Source: Lingula anatina
Lineage: Eukaryota; Animalia; Brachiopoda
Assembly (NCBI GenBank): GCA_051362555.1
Contig: CM120641.1
Location: 27,534,401-27,598,400, forward strand
DNA length: 64,000 nucleotides
Direction of reading: 5' to 3'
Below, piece by piece: positions 62,409 through 64,000 of this stretch (positions are counted from its first letter, which is position 1; each line of letters opens with the position of its first letter). The notes under the pieces are model-generated. The model was not told where the DNA came from and did not search any database. It saw only the letters and a list, made by a program, of their open reading frames with translations. A program made the translations under genes and the position numbers.

Positions 62409-64000
62409 TAACAATAAAAATATTTATTTATTACCAAAAGTTGGACGGTACATATATAATACTAAAGTTTATTGTTACATGTAGAAAGATGTATTGGATA
62501 AAATACATTGTCTAAAGCACATTCTTTTGTATTAAGGAGAGTATCCTTTAAGACGACCTGTAATTTGTTTTTTTTATTATTATTTTTCATAAAGCAACAT
62601 GTGTCACATTTTATGCGATACTTGATATTTAATGCAAAGTTTAAATGTGCCACATTTTTACGACAAGCGCAGATCCTTTTCACACATCAGGAAGTAATTA
62701 AGAACTACTTTATCAAATTCCGGATTTTGTAAGTTGTTCTAGAAACTAGGGTTCCACTAAGTTGTGTTTAAAAAAAATTGAAAAAAAAAAAAAAAAAACA
62801 TTGCCAACTTTTTATGTGGTGAGAGAGCCGACTTTTACAAACAATTTTAATAATTTTAATTTTATAGATATCTCAAGATTCATTTTAGTCATCTATTTCA
62901 AATACTATAGCTGAGCAGATTTTTTCAAAAATTTTTTCTGAATAGTTAAAAGGTAATTATGTTTTGAGATATTTTGCACATAGATTCTTTGTAAGACGAG
63001 GACCAGTGTTGGGTGGCCATTCTTTATGTTAAAATTCTCGCCCCGCCACTTATTTCGAAAGGTGGACCTTTCTGTGAAATTTTATTGCACGACAAGACGA
63101 ACTCTCTTTAAAAATTGTCGCACTGGGTGATTTTTATTCATTTACCTCGATTTCGACCCTTTAAAGAAAAAAATCGGCAGTCAACAAAAATGAAATGTCG
63201 TGGAATTTCCATTTCACTTACATAATCTTATAAAAGAAAAAACAAATGTTGGCGGGGAGTAAAACAAGGTTCAAAAACCAGTGGCCTTAATACGTTTTAA
63301 ACATATTTTCTTGTTTATAACATCACTTTTGTTTTTATTTACTTGGTCACAATTTTGCTGGCCCACTTTTCCCCAACCCCACCCTCCCAATCTTTCGTTG
63401 CTCCAACCCAGAGTATAATCGGTTTTCAGACCGTGCCGTCAAATCTTATCAGTCATTGAAACAAGGTCAGTAATTTTCCATCCTCCGTCAAGCAACGACG
63501 GCGATCACTAAACCCCCTCACGATTTGTCTGTGAATTCAGTGGTGTTAATTTCTCTGCATAGTTTGGTAACTTAGTAATAAGCTGCGACAGGTCAGATGT
63601 AATAGTACTTTATCTTCAGGGACGGATAGTAACTTCCTAAGTTAACTTCACAAGTTCCGTTCCCTCAGCGTTACGTTGTCAGAACTCGCTAGCAATACGA
63701 CATTCAGGCAGTAACGTTTTTCCATGCGGGTTCTAAAATATGCTTGTACATTAAAATCTTTATTTACAAGTACCTTTTTGCGAGTGACACATTTATAAGT
63801 GCCAATCCCACCTTTGAAACGAAAATGGAAAGTTTGGATGCGTCATCAATTAGTACTTTGACTGGTGACGCCGTTAAAAATCCGGTTAGTACCGGTACAT
63901 GTATCTTCCAGATCTGCATTTTTTTTTTCGGCAATGCTTTTATTTGCTTCTAGCTTGATTGCAAGGCTGTGCTTAGAAATCACTGCATTCTTTCTTATTG

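Overview
AT-rich, intron-containing animal (probably invertebrate, lophotrochozoan-like) genomic DNA holding a cluster of four paralogous SLC6 sodium/chloride-dependent transporter genes of the amino-acid (GlyT/PROT/ATB0,+-like) type. All four share the same 14-exon architecture: copy 1 (-, 115-8599), copy 2 (+, 20097-29326), copy 3 (+, 37260-44764) and copy 4 (-, 49846-60907). Main finding: copy 4 has three tandem, intact 104-nt versions of the exon encoding TM6, a substrate/ion-binding helix. Frame arithmetic allows only one per mRNA, and the flanking introns contain long-range complementary segments that would loop out alternative subsets of these exons. This is a candidate splice-switchable substrate pocket controlled by competing RNA structures. 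Copies 1-3 kept only one of the three exons and carry substitutions at Na1/Na2 and pocket residues. Copy 1 is disrupted by a TTAA-flanked Kolobok-like transposon inside exon 7 and by a mutated last acceptor. Copies 1 and 2 form a ~29 kb degenerate inverted duplication. The window also contains L2-type LINE relics, several MITEs, a minisatellite and a possible small spliced transcript between copies 3 and 4. Exon boundaries were read by eye from GT/AG sites and cross-checked by exon length across copies; no expression data or database searches were available.
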